A stretch of DNA of 64,000 nucleotides, taken from assembly GCA_963777605.1 (NCBI GenBank), contig CAVZRV010000031.1, positions 288,001-352,000 on the forward strand, in the 5' to 3' direction. The translations under genes and the position numbers were made by a program. Position 1 is the first letter of the stretch; each line of letters starts with the position of its first letter. This document shows, in pieces, positions 62,762 to 64,000 of the stretch. The DNA is from an uncultured Acidobacteriota bacterium (GTDB lineage Bacteria > Acidobacteriota > UBA6911 > RPQK01 > JAPXNP01). The notes under the pieces are model-generated. The model was not told the origin of the DNA, did no database searches, and saw only the letters and a list, made by a program, of their open reading frames with translations.

Positions 62762-64000
62762 CTACGGGATCGGTGTGACCGGCAGGGTCGTAAACTCGCC
62801 TGGCGCCGTCCCAAGTTCCAGGGCAGTGGCGACAATTAGGCCATTCAGGCTTCCCGTCGTCACGGTGATGGTCCCCTCGAAGTTAGTCAGGTCCGCGTTC
62901 GGGAACAGCTCGTCTATGAACTTGGCCAGGTGCTCTCCGGCAGCGAGGGCCAGGCTCCGAAGACCACCCTGAACCTGGAGTCCGTCAAGTCCCCGAAGCC
63001 TCAGCGTGACGCCAATTTGTTCCCCCAGGGGATTCGCGACAGCGATTCCCGTGTTGACCGCCTGCTTGCGGACCGGGGTAATGAAACCTCGCACGAGCTG
63101 ACTCGAGCCAACGCCGGCGGTCCCGAACGGAGTGAGTCTGAATCGGATTACCCCACCCAAAGGGTTGTCGAACGCCACGGTTACCGACCCTGTGAGCAGT
63201 TCTCCCAGCCCGTCCGTGGCTATCCGAACAGCTCCGAGCGCGGCTACCGTAACGTCCAACTGGCTTACTTCAGACTGCTGCTCGGCGGTTCCCGGATCGC
63301 CTGTCACCGTCAGGTTCAATGGAAAAGGGCTCCCGTCGTCCCGGCGCAGGGTCACTGTTGCATGGGACGGAGATGCCTCGGACGAGTTGGTGAGAAGGAT
63401 TTCCGAGACCACGTTGGAGGCGCCCGCCCCACCATTACCGAACTGGGCAAAGTAAAGTGTCCCGGCATCGGATATCTCGACGAGAAAGCCGTCCTCGCTT
63501 CCCTTGAGTTGCGGCTGCACCGCGTTCAAGACGGGGAGGGTGCCCGTTGACAGATTGCCGGCCGCGAAAACACGGGTCCCAAACGTTGCGACAACGATAT
63601 CGGGGTCAGCTCCGCCGATCGGAGTCGAATAGACTAATTCCGAACCGTCCGGACTGAGTTTCGCCACGTAATTCTTGAGCCCGTCAAATGCACGGAAGGG
63701 GTCCCGGACCGGAAAATTGGCCGAGGCGTTGCCGGCCACGATCACCCTTCCCAGAGTGTCGAGAGCAATGTCGCCCGCGGTGTCTCCACCCGTTCCGCCC
63801 AGGTAAGTGGAAAATGAGAGGGTCTCACCTTGAGGCGCGATTTTGGCTACAAACGCGTCTCCAATTCCGGTCCCCCCACCGTAGGCAGCCTGGAACGGAT
63901 TGACCGTCGGGAAATCCGAAGAAAGCGTATTCCCCGCAACATAGGCATTTCCGGCCGCATCAGCGAAGATTCCCTGCCCGCTATCGTCTGCGCTGCCCCC
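62762..64000 (-). CDS. SBBP-repeat beta-propeller protein with C-terminal paired beta-sandwich modules; 5' end outside the window
   Basis: Frame is open to 64000: GNAYVAGNT.SSDFPT..DAFVAK..FSTYLGG; then LYFAQFGNGG, TGIAVAN, HLAKFIDELF and FTTLPV. Confidence 0.85.
   Translation of the reverse strand, partial: GGSADDSGQGIFADAAGNAYVAGNTLSSDFPTVNPFQAAYGGGTGIGDAFVAKIAPQGETLSFSTYLGGTGGDTAGDIALDTLGRVIVAGNASANFPVRDPFRAFDGLKNYVAKLSPDGSELVYSTPIGGADPDIVVATFGTRVFAAGNLSTGTLPVLNAVQPQLKGSEDGFLVEISDAGTLYFAQFGNGGAGASNVVSEILLTNSSEASPSHATVTLRRDDGSPFPLNLTVTGDPGTAEQQSEVSQLDVTVAALGAVRIATDGLGELLTGSVTVAFDNPLGGVIRFRLTPFGTAGVGSSQLVRGFITPVRKQAVNTGIAVANPLGEQIGVTLRLRGLDGLQVQGGLRSLALAAGEHLAKFIDELFPNADLTNFEGTITVTTGSLNGLIVATALELGTAPGEFTTLPVTPIP

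Overview
GC-rich (about 60%) bacterial chromosome segment. Gene content suggests Acidobacteriota (inference). Many single-base frameshifts, even in pgi and cusA, suggest an unpolished long-read assembly. Contents in order: secreted or periplasmic catabolic genes (enolase superfamily, nitrilase, secreted caspase-like protease, GMC + subunit-3 + DUF1080 ketoglycoside module), sodN, pgi, tRNA-Pro(GGG) followed by two vapBC pairs amid gene debris, an ECF module divergent from MacAB-like efflux genes, and a ~21 kb copper/metal region (DUF318 permease, P-II, CopA, DUF3347-CusCBA-like operon, NosL-like gene). Then come a KamA-family radical SAM gene, a Rab-like small GTPase with REC-kinase, coiled-coil and OmpA partners, MscS, DinB, penicillin acylase and beta-propeller proteins. 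Most notable: (1) an ArsM-like methyltransferase with an in-frame TGA at the conserved Cys position followed by a SECIS-like hairpin (probable selenoprotein); (2) five sigma-54 (-24/-12) promoter motifs, four in divergent pairs, linking the copper genes and the P-II gene; (3) a Rup-type small-GTPase locus with a longin-like domain; (4) a dispersed non-coding repeat family with fixed asymmetric ends and variable palindromic cargo.
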